A model generated the notes under the pieces. It ran no database searches and was not told where the DNA came from. It saw only the letters and a list, made by a program, of their open reading frames with translations. A stretch of DNA of 64,000 bases from an uncultured delta proteobacterium (GTDB lineage: Bacteria > Myxococcota > Myxococcia > Myxococcales > Myxococcaceae): NCBI GenBank assembly GCA_963771175.1, contig CAVYSY010000006.1:64001-128000 (forward strand). The letters are read 5' to 3'. Position 1 is the first letter of the stretch, and each line of letters begins with the position of its first letter. This document shows positions 32,990 through 43,348 of the stretch, piece by piece. The position numbers and the translations under genes are program-made.

Positions 32990-33705
32990 CGTTCCCTCGC
33001 CCCCCATGCGTTTCTTCGTCCTGAAGAAGCGGAACAAAGGCCAGCACGACACCGAGTACAGCACGGTCAAGCCGAATATCGGTCCCGGGCTGAGCTGTCC
33101 TCAATGCGGGGGCCCCATTGGGATGCTGAGCTGGGAACCCCCGTATCGGGTCGAACTGGAACTCCATGGCAAGGAGTTTGGAGATTTCGTCGAGAGGCGC
33201 TGGCGGCGATCTACTGGTCACCGAGCGCTTCGCCGAAGATTTCAAGGCGGAGGGCCTGACGGGGCTCAGCGGCTTTCACCCGGTCGAGGTGATGCGTGTA
33301 CGCCGCAGGCGTCGTGATCCCAATCCGACTCCACCGCCCAGCTATCTCTTCGTCACCCCGACCTACGGCCCCCCGGCACTGGATGTGGAGCGGAGCCGCT
33401 TCAAGAGCAGCAAGCCCATGAAGCAGTGCACCTGGTGCCGCAAGATCACTCCTGACGCCATCGCCAGCCTCGCCTTGGATGCGGGGACCTGGGGGGGTGA
33501 GGACGTGTTCCGGCCGCGCGGCCTCTGGGGCGTGATCATCGTCTCCGAACGCTTCAAGCGCTTCGCCGAGCGACATGCCATGAGTCACATGACCCTGGTG
33601 CCCATCGAGAATTACGTCTGGGACCCGCTGGGTCTCTATGAAGATGAACATCTCGCAACGGGAGAGCGGTCGCAGGCACCCAGACCCGAAGGCTCGAAGG
33701 AGTAG
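32979..33705 (+). CDS. Double-CxxC immunity protein (SitI-like; frameshift ~33195)
   Basis: Overlaps the toxin stop; CPQCG, LLVTERF, CTWC and IIVSERF repeats. Confidence 0.72.
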
Positions 33706-33714
33706 AATCGCCCC

Positions 33715-35112
33715 ATGATTCCTCCTCGCATCCCGCTGCCGCACTTCCTGCAGCTGCACCAGTGGGTCGCCCACCCCCTGCGGTTCATGGAGGAGTCGGC
33801 GCGACGCCACGGCGACAGCTTCGTGATGCAGTTCCCCAACGCTCCTCCGTTCCTCTTCACCCGAGACCTGGAGATGATCCGCCAGCTCTTCACCGGGAAG
33901 CCCGAGGACTTCTACGTGGGGCCGGTGAACCGGGTGCTGGAGCCCATGGTGGGGAAGAACTCCCTGCTGCTGCTCGATGACCAGGAGCACATCCGCGAGC
34001 GGCGGATGATGACGCCTCCCTTCCACGGCGAGCGGATGCTGTCCTACGGGCTGTCCATGCGCGAGTCCGCCAGCCGCTCCATCGACCGGTGGCCGCTCGG
34101 CAAGGCCTTCACCCTTCACGAGGTGTTCCAGGACATCACCCTGGACATCATCCTCAAGACGGTCTTCGGCCTCGCCGAGGGGGAGACGTTCGAGCGCTTC
34201 CGGAAGCTGTTCGTGCGGATGCTGAACATGGGCTCGCAGGAGGCCGTGCTGTACCTGAGCGCCCTGCTCCCGGCCGAGCGGATGCTCAAGCTGCTCGCGG
34301 TGGGGAGGGACCCCCTCCAGCTCGGGCCCTGGAAGGCCGATGTGAGCCGGGCCCTGCCGTGGACCCAGCTCAGCCGCCTCATGCGCGAGGTGGACACGTA
34401 CCTCTTCGCGGAGATGGCCCGGCGCCGCGCCGAGGGCCTCGAGAAGCACGAGGACGTCCTGTCGATGCTCATGCAGGCGCGTGACGAGCACGGCCAGCCC
34501 ATGTCCGAACAGGCGCTGCGCGACGAGGCCATCACCCTCCTGGCGGCCGGACACGAGACCACCGCGACCACGCTCGCGTGGGCCTTCCACTTCGTCCTCC
34601 AGCACCCGGAGGTGGAGGAGAAGCTCCGGGCGGAGCTCCACCAGGTGGCGGGAACGGGACCGCTCGCCCCCGAGCAGGTGAACCGCCTGGAGTACCTGGA
34701 CGCGACGTTGAAGGAGACGTTGCGACTGCTGCCCGTCGCCCCCGCCGTGGGCCGGGTGCTGCAGCGGCCGATGAAGGTGGGCGAGTGGGAGCTGCCCGCC
34801 GGCATGGCGGTGATGGCGTGCGCCTACCTCACCCATCGCCGCCCGGACCTGTGGCCGGAGCCCGAGCGTTTCAATCCGGAGCGCTTCGTGGGCAAGCGGC
34901 TCAGCCCCTACGAGTACTTTCCCTTCGGTGGCGGGGCGCGGCGCTGCATCGGCATGGCCTTCGCCAATTACGAGATGCGGATCGTCTTCGCCGAGGTCCT
35001 CCGCCGGGTGAAGCTCCGGGCCGCCACGCCCTACGCGTTCCGGGTGTCGCGGCGAGGGGTCACCCTGGCCCCCAAGGGCGGAGTCCCCGTCATCGTCGAC
35101 TCGCGGAGCTGA
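33715..35112 (+). CDS. Cytochrome P450
   Basis: AGHETT, ETLR, PERF and FGGGARRCIG heme motif. Confidence 0.97.
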   Translation: MIPPRIPLPHFLQLHQWVAHPLRFMEESARRHGDSFVMQFPNAPPFLFTRDLEMIRQLFTGKPEDFYVGPVNRVLEPMVGKNSLLLLDDQEHIRERRMMTPPFHGERMLSYGLSMRESASRSIDRWPLGKAFTLHEVFQDITLDIILKTVFGLAEGETFERFRKLFVRMLNMGSQEAVLYLSALLPAERMLKLLAVGRDPLQLGPWKADVSRALPWTQLSRLMREVDTYLFAEMARRRAEGLEKHEDVLSMLMQARDEHGQPMSEQALRDEAITLLAAGHETTATTLAWAFHFVLQHPEVEEKLRAELHQVAGTGPLAPEQVNRLEYLDATLKETLRLLPVAPAVGRVLQRPMKVGEWELPAGMAVMACAYLTHRRPDLWPEPERFNPERFVGKRLSPYEYFPFGGGARRCIGMAFANYEMRIVFAEVLRRVKLRAATPYAFRVSRRGVTLAPKGGVPVIVDSRS

Positions 35113-35163
35113 GCACGACGGGCCTCCCGCTCGCTCCCTCGGAAGCGCCGCTGGAGGCCCGCG

Positions 35164-35589
35164 TCAGGACACCACGAACGTGCCCTCTCCCGTCAGCCTC
35201 ACCTCCGAGTACGCCTCGAGCTGTCGGGTGGTGGGGACGATGAATCCCGGGCCGCGGGTGGTGATGCCCAGGGTTTGAATCTTCACGCGCTGGTCCGTGC
35301 CCGTCAGGAGCGCGTGGGGAATCAGCATGCTGAACTGGATGGACTCGGCATCCGCCGCGTTCGACTGGAGGACGATAGTGACCAGCTTGCCGATGCCCAC
35401 CTCCACCTGACGAATCTCGTCGCCGCGTGCGTTCACCTGACGGTGGCGATCTCGATACTGCATGAGCGGCTCACCGGTGAAGCTGGTCTCCGAGAAGCTC
35501 ACCTGAACATCCCTCCCCCTCAGCTCGAACTGGTTGGGGGAGACGGAAGAAACGGCCGCGCGCTGCTGGGTGGGTTGCACCTGTTCCAT
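35164..35589 (-). CDS. Hypothetical beta-rich protein
   Basis: GAGG RBS; MEQVQPTQQR...; globular beta-strand pattern. Confidence 0.65.
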   Translation of the reverse strand: MEQVQPTQQRAAVSSVSPNQFELRGRDVQVSFSETSFTGEPLMQYRDRHRQVNARGDEIRQVEVGIGKLVTIVLQSNAADAESIQFSMLIPHALLTGTDQRVKIQTLGITTRGPGFIVPTTRQLEAYSEVRLTGEGTFVVS

Positions 35590-35761
35590 GGCTCTGCCTC
35601 GTCTGTCTGGACGGCGCCCCACCAGGAGCGCCGCGAGTTCGGTCAGACAGAGCCGCTCGCGCGAGACTGTGACATGTTGGCTCGAGAACGACCCACCTCC
35701 TCCCGCCCGTGGCGGGTGGGTGCCTTGCGTACAGGGACAGGCCTCCCCACCTTTCTCCCCA

Positions 35762-36793
35762 ATGGGCGGATGGGGGGCAGCACGGGCAATGGCATTCGTC
35801 GGGGCGCTCTGGGCGCTACCGTCCGGGGCGCAACTCCTGGAGCTGCGCCGCTCGCTCGCTCCGCCTCCCGAGCTGCCCGAGCGCCCCGCGTTCGAGGAGC
35901 TCCTCGTCTCCTTCGCGGACCCGGAGCGCGCCCTGCGGGACGGCTTCACCGTGCCGTCCCTCTCGCTCGCCGTGCGCTCACGGGCCTGGGCGTTCGTGCG
36001 GCCCGACTCGTACGAGCAGCAGGAGGCCTGGAGCGCGCTCTCGCTGCCAGCGCAGGACCTGGTCGTGTCCGACCTCCCGGGGGGAGCTCGCCTCGTCACG
36101 CTCCTGAAGCTCGACCCCGAGGTCGAAGAACTCCGGGTGGGCGACCTCGGTCCGTGGTTGCGGGGGCCCAACGGACCGCTGCGGAAACTCCTGCACTCGA
36201 CGCTCGACAAGTTGCCCGGGCCCAGGAAGGGCGCGGAGGTCGCCGCGGGCGTGGCGGCGCTCGGGCTCATCTACCAGTTCGGCACCGAGCGGGCGCACGG
36301 CCTGGGGCTGTCGCCCGTCCTGCGCGGCACCACGCTCGGGGGCAGCCTCTCCGGCTCCGTCGAGCTGCGCTCCGAGCCCCGCTTGCGGAACGCACGCGTG
36401 GACGTGATGGCGAGCTACCGGCTGCCGGCGGCGCTGCGGCTGCTCACCGGCCCTGTCGAGCAGCTCGAGGTGGGAGGGACGGCCGCGCGCACCGACGAGG
36501 GGCTCCTGCTGGACACGCGGTGGGTGAACCTCCGGGGGCGGGTGTCCTGGCTCGAGCTGCGCGTGGGCGTCCACTCCACCCATGCCGAGCCGTACCTCTG
36601 GATGGACGTGGAGACGCTCGTGCAGCGCGAGCACTTCGGCCTGCGCGCCGTGGTCAGCCGCCAGTGGGGCACCGCGAGCTTCCGCTCCATGGGCACGGCC
36701 ACGCTGCGGACGGGCCCGGTGCTGTCCGGGCTCTTCCTCGGCGTCCAGGGTGCGGGGCGCACCTTCGGCCTGCTCAGCATGGGCACGTTCTGA
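35762..36793 (+). CDS. Hypothetical exported protein, possible OM beta-barrel C-terminus
   Basis: Hydrophobic N-terminus; alternating beta strands; terminal Phe. Confidence 0.5.
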   Translation: MGGWGAARAMAFVGALWALPSGAQLLELRRSLAPPPELPERPAFEELLVSFADPERALRDGFTVPSLSLAVRSRAWAFVRPDSYEQQEAWSALSLPAQDLVVSDLPGGARLVTLLKLDPEVEELRVGDLGPWLRGPNGPLRKLLHSTLDKLPGPRKGAEVAAGVAALGLIYQFGTERAHGLGLSPVLRGTTLGGSLSGSVELRSEPRLRNARVDVMASYRLPAALRLLTGPVEQLEVGGTAARTDEGLLLDTRWVNLRGRVSWLELRVGVHSTHAEPYLWMDVETLVQREHFGLRAVVSRQWGTASFRSMGTATLRTGPVLSGLFLGVQGAGRTFGLLSMGTF

Positions 36794-36953
36794 GCGACCA
36801 CGTCAGGGAAGGTCTGGGACGGCCTGGTGGTAATGTCTGGCCAGAAAGCCCCCCGGCTCGGGAGAGGACCGGAGGAGGGTCCTACCCCTCGTCCGCCCCC
36901 TCGGTGCCCCGCGTCCCGAGCAGGAGGCCCCCTTCCGCCAGGAGACGGAGACA

Positions 36954-38069
36954 ATGAAGGTCCACGGTCAGCCGATGCGCACCCTCTGGGTCGAGCCCGA
37001 CGGCGCCTCGGTCGGCATCATCGACCAGACGCGCCTGCCGCACGCGTTCGTCACGCCGCGGCTCACGACACTCGACGAGGTGGCCCACGCCATCCGCTCC
37101 ATGCAGGTGCGGGGGGCGCCGCTCATCGGGGCCGCCGCGGCCTACGGCGTGTGCCTCGCCCTGCGCGAGGACGCCTCGGACGGGGCGCTGGAGCGGGCCT
37201 GCGCGCTCCTGCAGGCCACGCGGCCCACGGCGGTGAACCTGCGCTGGGCGCTCGACGAGATGCGCCGCGCGCTGCACCCGGTGGCGCCCTCGGAGCGGGT
37301 GGCCGCTCGCGTACCGGCGCGCGGCGGACCTCTGTGACGAGGACGTGGCCATCAACCGGGCCATCGGCGAGCACGGGCTGCGGCTCATCGAGGAGGCCTG
37401 GGCGCGCAAGGGACGCCAGGGGCGAGTGAACGTGCTCACCCACTGCAACGCGGGCTGGCTGGCCACGGTGGACTGGGGCACGGCGCTCGCGCCGGTGTAC
37501 CAGGCGCACGACAAGGGGATTCCGGTGCACGTCTGGGTGGACGAGACGCGCCCGCGCAACCAGGGCGCGAGCCTCACCGCGTGGGAGCTCGGGCAGCACG
37601 GCGTGCCGCACACCCTCATCGCCGACAACGTGGGCGGCCACCTCATGCAGCACGGCGAGGTGGACCTGTGCCTCGTGGGCACGGACCGCACCACGGCCCG
37701 GGGCGACGTGGCGAACAAGATCGGCACGTACCTCAAGGCGCTGGCGGCGAAGGACAACGGGGTGCCCTTCTACGTGGCGCTGCCCTCGCCCACCATCGAC
37801 TGGACGCTGGAGGACGGGGTGCGCGACATCCCCATCGAGCAGCGCGATGGCCGGGAGCTGACGGACCTCAGCGGGCGGCTGCCGAGCGGCGAGGTGGTGA
37901 CGGTGCGGGTGACGCCGGAGGGGAGCCCGGTGGCCAACTACGGCTTCGACGTGACGCCGGCGCGGCTGGTGACGGCGCTCGTCACCGAGCGCGGGGTGTG
38001 CGCGGCCTCGACCGAGGGGCTGCTGTCGCTCTTCCCCGAGCGCCGGCAGGTGCGGGGACGGGCTCATGA
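36954..38069 (+). CDS. mtnA: Methylthioribose-1-phosphate isomerase (frameshifts ~37310 and ~38050)
   Basis: [45 protein letters not shown] and FDVTP motifs. Confidence 0.95.
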
Positions 38070-38728
38070 GCGCGCCCGGGCACCTCGCGCTGCGCGAGGC
38101 GATGATTGCCACGGCCCGGAGGATGAACGCCTCGGGGCTGAACCAGGGGACGAGCGGCAACCTCAGCCAGCGGGTGGAGGACGGCTTCCTCGTCACGCCG
38201 ACGGGCATGGACTACGACACGATGGTGCCGGAGGACCTCGTGTTGATGCGCTTCGACGGCACCCACGAGGGCCGCCGCGCGCCCTCGTCCGAGTGGCGCT
38301 TCCACCGGGACCTCCTCGCCGCGCGGCCCGAGGTGGGCGCGGTGCTGCACGCGCACTCGATGTTCTGCACGACGCTCGCGTGCCTGCGCCGGGGGATTCC
38401 GTCCTTCCACTACATGGTGGCGATGGCGGGAGGCGCGGACATCCGCTGCGCGCCCTACGCCACGTTCGGCACCGAGGAGCTGTCGCGTCACGCGGTGGCG
38501 GCGCTGGAGGGGCGCAAGGCGTGCCTGCTGGCCAACCACGGGATGCTCGCGCTGGGCGGGAATCTCGCGAGCACCTTCAAGCTGGCGGTGGAGGTGGAGA
38601 CACTGGCGGCCATGTACTGGCGCGCGCTCCAGGTGGGCGAGCCGGTGCTGCTCGACGCGGCGGAGATGGCCGTGGTGCTCGAGAAGTTCAAGACGTACGG
38701 CCAGCAGCCCGAGCCCCGCCTGGCCTGA
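38066..38728 (+). CDS. Class II aldolase (Ald2/FucA-like)
   Basis: [19 protein letters not shown] and LLANHG motifs; translationally coupled to mtnA. Confidence 0.92.
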   Translation: MSAPGHLALREAMIATARRMNASGLNQGTSGNLSQRVEDGFLVTPTGMDYDTMVPEDLVLMRFDGTHEGRRAPSSEWRFHRDLLAARPEVGAVLHAHSMFCTTLACLRRGIPSFHYMVAMAGGADIRCAPYATFGTEELSRHAVAALEGRKACLLANHGMLALGGNLASTFKLAVEVETLAAMYWRALQVGEPVLLDAAEMAVVLEKFKTYGQQPEPRLA

Positions 38729-38835
38729 CGCGGCGTGCTCCCGCGCCCTCCCTGAACGGCATGGGTCCGAGCCCCCGGACATGTCAGACCCATCCGTTAA
38801 TGTCATCACATCACGACGTAACAGGGAGGCCCTTC

Positions 38836-39519
38836 ATGGCAGGACTCATTGAGTCACCCCACGTCTCGGTGAACAAGCTGGGGCGCTACCTCACGGCGAC
38901 CCCCGCGCTGCGCAAGCGCCTCATCCAGGCGCAGAAGCACCCGCCGGACCCGCAGTACCTGCGCTACCCCGAGGCCGCCCAGGCCATCGCCGACTTCCTG
39001 TGCCGCGGCCAGGACGAGGCGCTCTTGCGCCAGCACCAGCACCGCCTGTCCACCACGGTGTTCGAGGAGGAGTTCGACGCGCACCGCGCCCAGCTCTGCA
39101 TCGAGGCCATCGAGCGCTACCGGGAGCTGCACCCGAGCCTCGGCCTCCAGGGAGTGGTGGCCAGCGAGGTGGGACACGAGCCGCCCGCGCTGCAGGTGGC
39201 CGGGGTGAGCATCCGCGTCTGGCCCCAGGTGGTGCTGCAGTCGGTGGACCGGCATGGCCACCACAAGGTCGGGGTGATGAAGCTGTATTTCTCCAAGCAC
39301 CACCCGCTGGACGAGCGCTCGGGGCAGTACATCGCCACGCTGCTGCAGGCCTTCGCCGAGCAGCACCTGGCGCCGCTGGGGCCGGTGGACCCGAGGCTGG
39401 TGCGCGTGGTGGACGTGTTCGCCGGACGCGAGTACCTCGCGCCCAAGGCCCGGGAGCGCCGCCTGTGCGACGTGCGGCTGGCGTGTGAGGAGATCGCCGC
39501 CCGCTGGCCGGTGCAGTAG
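38836..39519 (+). CDS. Hypothetical protein
   Basis: GGAGG RBS before ATG; GC3-biased frame. Confidence 0.7.
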   Translation: MAGLIESPHVSVNKLGRYLTATPALRKRLIQAQKHPPDPQYLRYPEAAQAIADFLCRGQDEALLRQHQHRLSTTVFEEEFDAHRAQLCIEAIERYRELHPSLGLQGVVASEVGHEPPALQVAGVSIRVWPQVVLQSVDRHGHHKVGVMKLYFSKHHPLDERSGQYIATLLQAFAEQHLAPLGPVDPRLVRVVDVFAGREYLAPKARERRLCDVRLACEEIAARWPVQ

Positions 39520-39625
39520 AGGACGCTGCCCGCCGGGTGACGCCCGGTGGGGGGCTTCCCTTGTCGTGAGGGGGCCGGGTCGTTAAGACTCAGTCCCTAC
39601 GACATCGACGGGAGGGGCGGCGGCT

Positions 39626-40591
39626 TTGCTGGATGCACTGTGGGAACGGCGGGCGCTGCTCGTCTCGGGCAAGGGTGGAGTCGGCAAGACGACCTTCGCG
39701 GCGGCGCTGGCGCGCGCGGCGGTGGCGCGGGGCCGACGGGTGTTGCTGGCCGAGGTGGAGGTGTCCTCGGATGAGCAGGAGGGCCCCTCGCCCCTGGCCT
39801 CGCTGGTGGGGGCGCGGCAACCCGGCCCCCAGGTCACCGAGGTGGGCGCGGGCCTGTCCTTCGTCCGGCTGTCGCCCATCGAGGGCCAGCGCCTCTTCCT
39901 GCAGGACGTGCTGCCCATCCGGATGATGGCGGACGCGGCCATGCGCATGCGCGCGCTGCGCCGCTTCCTCGAGGCCGCCCCCGCCCTGCGCGAGATGGGC
40001 GTGCTCTACCAGATGCTGCACCTCATCCGGCGCACCCGCCCGGACGGCAGCCCTCTCTATCCGCTGACCATCCTGGACCTGCCGGCCACGGGGCATGCGC
40101 TGGCCCTGGCGGCGCTGCCGGACGCGCTGCTGTCCGTGATGCCCGGGGGGCCCATCGGCCGCTCGGTGCGCGAGGGCATGAATCTGCTGAGGGACCCGGC
40201 CCTCACCGGGGCCCTGCTCGTCACCCTGCCCGAGCCGCTGCCCGTGAGCGAGACGCTGGAATTGGCCACCGCCATCCAGCGCCACCGCATCCCCCTGGCC
40301 GCGGGCGTGCTCAATCGGGTGCCGGAGAATCCCTTCTCGCCGGACGGCCGCGCCGCCGTGGAGCGGCTGCTGGACGAGCACGGGCCGCATCGGGGGCAGC
40401 GGGCGCTCGCGCGGTTGGACCGGGCTCGCAACGCGGAGGCCCGGCTGGCGGGCAACCTCCCCGCCCCGCTCCTCCTCGTGCCCGAGCTGCCCACCACCGG
40501 GAAGGAGCTGGTGGAGCGGCTCGCCACGTACCTCACCCGACCCGCCCCACACGCGTCGCCCGCCCTCGGGCGCGCGGGAGCCCCGTCATGA
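39626..40591 (+). CDS. ArsA/Get3-family ATPase (subunit 1)
   Basis: GKGGVGKTT, DLPATGH and VTLPE motifs. Confidence 0.88.
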   Translation: MLDALWERRALLVSGKGGVGKTTFAAALARAAVARGRRVLLAEVEVSSDEQEGPSPLASLVGARQPGPQVTEVGAGLSFVRLSPIEGQRLFLQDVLPIRMMADAAMRMRALRRFLEAAPALREMGVLYQMLHLIRRTRPDGSPLYPLTILDLPATGHALALAALPDALLSVMPGGPIGRSVREGMNLLRDPALTGALLVTLPEPLPVSETLELATAIQRHRIPLAAGVLNRVPENPFSPDGRAAVERLLDEHGPHRGQRALARLDRARNAEARLAGNLPAPLLLVPELPTTGKELVERLATYLTRPAPHASPALGRAGAPS

Positions 40592-41703
40592 GCCTCCACT
40601 CCCTGCTGCGAGAGAAGCGCGTCCTGGTGCTGTGCGGAGCGGGAGGCGTGGGGAAGACGACGACGGCGGCGGCGCTCGGCGTGGCGGCGGCTCGCGCGGG
40701 CCGCAAGGTGCTGGTGCTCACCATCGACCCGGCGCGGCGGCTCGCCGAGGCCATGGGGCTGACCGAAGGCGGCGCCGAGCCCACGACCATTCCGCCCGAG
40801 CGGCTCTACGAGGGCGGCCAGCCCGGCACCGGCCAACTGGACGTGTGGATGTTGGATCCGCGCGTCGTCTTCGAGCGCTTCGTGAAGCGGCTGTCTCCCA
40901 CGCCGGAGGCGGCGCGCAACATCCTGGAGAACCGCCTCTATCGCTTCCTGTCGGACCTGGTGGCGGGCATGCAGGAGTACGCCGCGGCCGAGGCGCTCGA
41001 CAACTTCCTGGACGAGGGCCGCTACGAGCTCGTCGTGTTGGACACGCCCCCGAGCCGCCACGCGCTGGACTTCCTGGAGGCCCCGGGGCGGCTGGCGCGC
41101 TTCCTGGATGATCGCATCGTCTCGCTCTTCCTCCCGGAGGAGAAGGGGCGCGGGGGGCGGTTGTGGCGCAAGACGTCGCAGCTGCTGGGCAACGTGCTGG
41201 GGAGCATCTTCGGCGAGGGCTTCACCCAGGAGATGCGGACCTTCATGGGGGCTTTCAGCGGGCTGTTCGCCGGCATCCGGATGAGAGCGGATCGGCTGCG
41301 CTCGCGGCTGAGCTCGCCGGACGCGGCCTTCCTGCTGGTGACGTCGCCGGAGGAGGCCTCGCTGGAGGAGGCCTCCTTCTTCCGGGACATGCTGCGCGAG
41401 AAGGGGCTGCCCTTCGCGGGCTACGTGCTCAACCGGAGCTGGGCTCGGGAGGACGGGCTGGCCCACCCCGAGTCGCTCCTGCGGCACGTGGAGGAGCACG
41501 GCGCGGCGCGTGACGGGGTGAAGGCGCTCATCCATCTGGCCGACAACGAGCGTGCGCGCGCCGAGGCCCACCGAGGGCTGCTGGCGCGACTGGCGGAGCG
41601 GCTGCCCGCGGGCGCGGTGGCGGTGGCCGCCCCCGAGGCCGGTGGCGAGCTGGAGGACTTCGGGGGCCTGGTGCGCCTGGGCGAGGCGCTCGCCACCCCG
41701 TGA
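40588..41703 (+). CDS. ArsA/Get3-family ATPase (subunit 2)
   Basis: GAGGVGKTT, TIDPARRL and DTPPSRHALDFL motifs; ATGA overlap. Confidence 0.9.
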   Translation: MSLHSLLREKRVLVLCGAGGVGKTTTAAALGVAAARAGRKVLVLTIDPARRLAEAMGLTEGGAEPTTIPPERLYEGGQPGTGQLDVWMLDPRVVFERFVKRLSPTPEAARNILENRLYRFLSDLVAGMQEYAAAEALDNFLDEGRYELVVLDTPPSRHALDFLEAPGRLARFLDDRIVSLFLPEEKGRGGRLWRKTSQLLGNVLGSIFGEGFTQEMRTFMGAFSGLFAGIRMRADRLRSRLSSPDAAFLLVTSPEEASLEEASFFRDMLREKGLPFAGYVLNRSWAREDGLAHPESLLRHVEEHGAARDGVKALIHLADNERARAEAHRGLLARLAERLPAGAVAVAAPEAGGELEDFGGLVRLGEALATP

Positions 41704-41785
41704 GGCGCTGCCGGGGCCTCCGAAGGAAGTCCTTTCATCCAGGTTGAGGCACGGCATCCGCGCGTCCGAATCGCGGACCTCGCCC

Positions 41786-41929
41786 CCCGGTCGCGCGGCA
41801 CGCGAACTTGTCCACTATGTGTACAAGTTGCGCGAGAACGCGCCCGAGAGGTCTCCCTCCCCCCGGGCGCGCGGCGCGCAAACCTGTCCGACTGTCGGAC
41901 AGGTTTTTCAAAAACGCGCCCGGGAGGTC
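41786..41929. repeat. Intact composite dyad repeat A+B (copy 3)
   Basis: A core GAACTTGTCCAC-TAT-GTGTACAAGTTG at 41804-41830; B core at 41880-41906; both have 8-bp spacers and CGCG arms. Confidence 0.9.
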
Positions 41930-42087
41930 CTCCCCGCCGTGTACTTCGGGGCAGCACCGATGTCTGGAGGTGGGCACTCAGGAGGAGCGAGCGTGCCCGC
42001 GGTCGGACAGCAGGGCAGAGGGGCTCCCGGGCCCCCCTTGGAGACAGCCGCCGCCGTGTCGAGCCTTCGACATAGGAGGTCTGATCC

Positions 42088-43314
42088 ATGGCCCAGAGAC
42101 ATACCGACGATGGCCGGGACGTTCCGGCACGCCCCTCGCCAGCGAACGGCATCCCGAGCAGCGACCGTGAGCGCGAGCGACGAGCCGCCGAGGCCCCACC
42201 GGGCTCCCGCGAGCGCTCCGAGTCCGACGCCACCGGCTGGAGCCCCGAGCGCGACGAGAACCCCGCCGCGCTCGAGGGCCGCTACCACCGCGCCGCCCAG
42301 CTCCGACTGGCCCAGCCGCGCACCGAGCAGGGAGCGCCACCGCCCCGGGACGACACGAGCCGGGACCTGGGCCCCCGGCACCGCATGTTCCACCGGGACC
42401 GCCCCATCGAGAGCCCGGGGCGCTCGCCCACCGATACCGACTATGGCCCCTATGGCCGGGATGATCGCTCGGCCGACTCTCCGTCCGGGCAGGGCGCGGG
42501 GCCGCTGCTGGGCGAGCAGGATAGGGACCACTCGCTGGACATGCGCCACCCGGCTCGGGAGTACCGCCCGTGGGACCGCACCGGAGCCGGCGCCGACACT
42601 CCACCCCTGGGGCGGGGTCCGTACACGGAGCCCGGCGGGCGCGAGACGTTCCGCACGGGTGGAGAGGAGTCGCGGTGGCACGAGGGCCGAGAGCACCGTC
42701 ACGGGCCGCGCGAGGAGCGCACCTGGGAGGAGGACCGCCCCGGGCAGGCGCGAGTCGAGGGCACACGCGAGGGGTACTCGGGGCTGCTGGGCATGGGCCA
42801 GGGCACCGTGCCGCGCGAGACCCGCGCCCCGTCCGAGCAGGGCCGCCGGGGCCGCTGGAAGCGCGAGCCGCTCACCGCGCGGGAGATCATGACGCGCCAC
42901 GTGAAGAGCGCCCGGCTCGACAGCAGCCTGCGCGACGTGGCGCGCATCATGAAGGACGAGGACTGCGGCATCGTGCCGGTGGTGGACGAGCGCGGGCGGC
43001 TGCGGGGAGTGCTCACGGACCGCGACCTGGTCATCCGCACCCTGGCCGAGGGCCGGCCTCCGGACACCCTGCTCGCCCGGGACGTGATGACGGATGACGT
43101 GGAGGCGGTGACCCAGGACGAGGACATCCACAGCATCATCGCGCTGCTGGGCCGCCGCCAGGTGCGTCGCGTCCCGGTGGTGGAGCGCGATGACCGGCTG
43201 GTGGGCATCATCTCGATGGCGGACATCGCCACCCGCGCCGACTACGACGAGGAGCTCCAGGAAGCACTGGACCGCATCTCGGCCCGGCGCTCGTTCTGGA
43301 GCCGCCTCATCTAG
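42088..43314 (+). CDS. CBS-pair protein with long disordered N-terminus
   Basis: AGGAGG RBS; EIMTR..GIVPVVD..GVLTDRD and DVMT..RRVPVV..GIIS motifs. Confidence 0.88.
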   Translation: MAQRHTDDGRDVPARPSPANGIPSSDRERERRAAEAPPGSRERSESDATGWSPERDENPAALEGRYHRAAQLRLAQPRTEQGAPPPRDDTSRDLGPRHRMFHRDRPIESPGRSPTDTDYGPYGRDDRSADSPSGQGAGPLLGEQDRDHSLDMRHPAREYRPWDRTGAGADTPPLGRGPYTEPGGRETFRTGGEESRWHEGREHRHGPREERTWEEDRPGQARVEGTREGYSGLLGMGQGTVPRETRAPSEQGRRGRWKREPLTAREIMTRHVKSARLDSSLRDVARIMKDEDCGIVPVVDERGRLRGVLTDRDLVIRTLAEGRPPDTLLARDVMTDDVEAVTQDEDIHSIIALLGRRQVRRVPVVERDDRLVGIISMADIATRADYDEELQEALDRISARRSFWSRLI

Positions 43315-43348
43315 GGCACGCCCCCTCTCGTCGAGAGAGGGAACATGC

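Noticed and set aside
33715..35112. P450 as part of a biosynthetic gene cluster
   Set aside because: No PKS/NRPS/terpene synthase or evident precursor peptide nearby.
37345..39519. 724-aa ORF suggesting an MtnA fusion to a downstream protein
   Set aside because: Artefact of an indel near 38050. It reads out of frame across the aldolase, and the distal gene has its own RBS/ATG at 38836.
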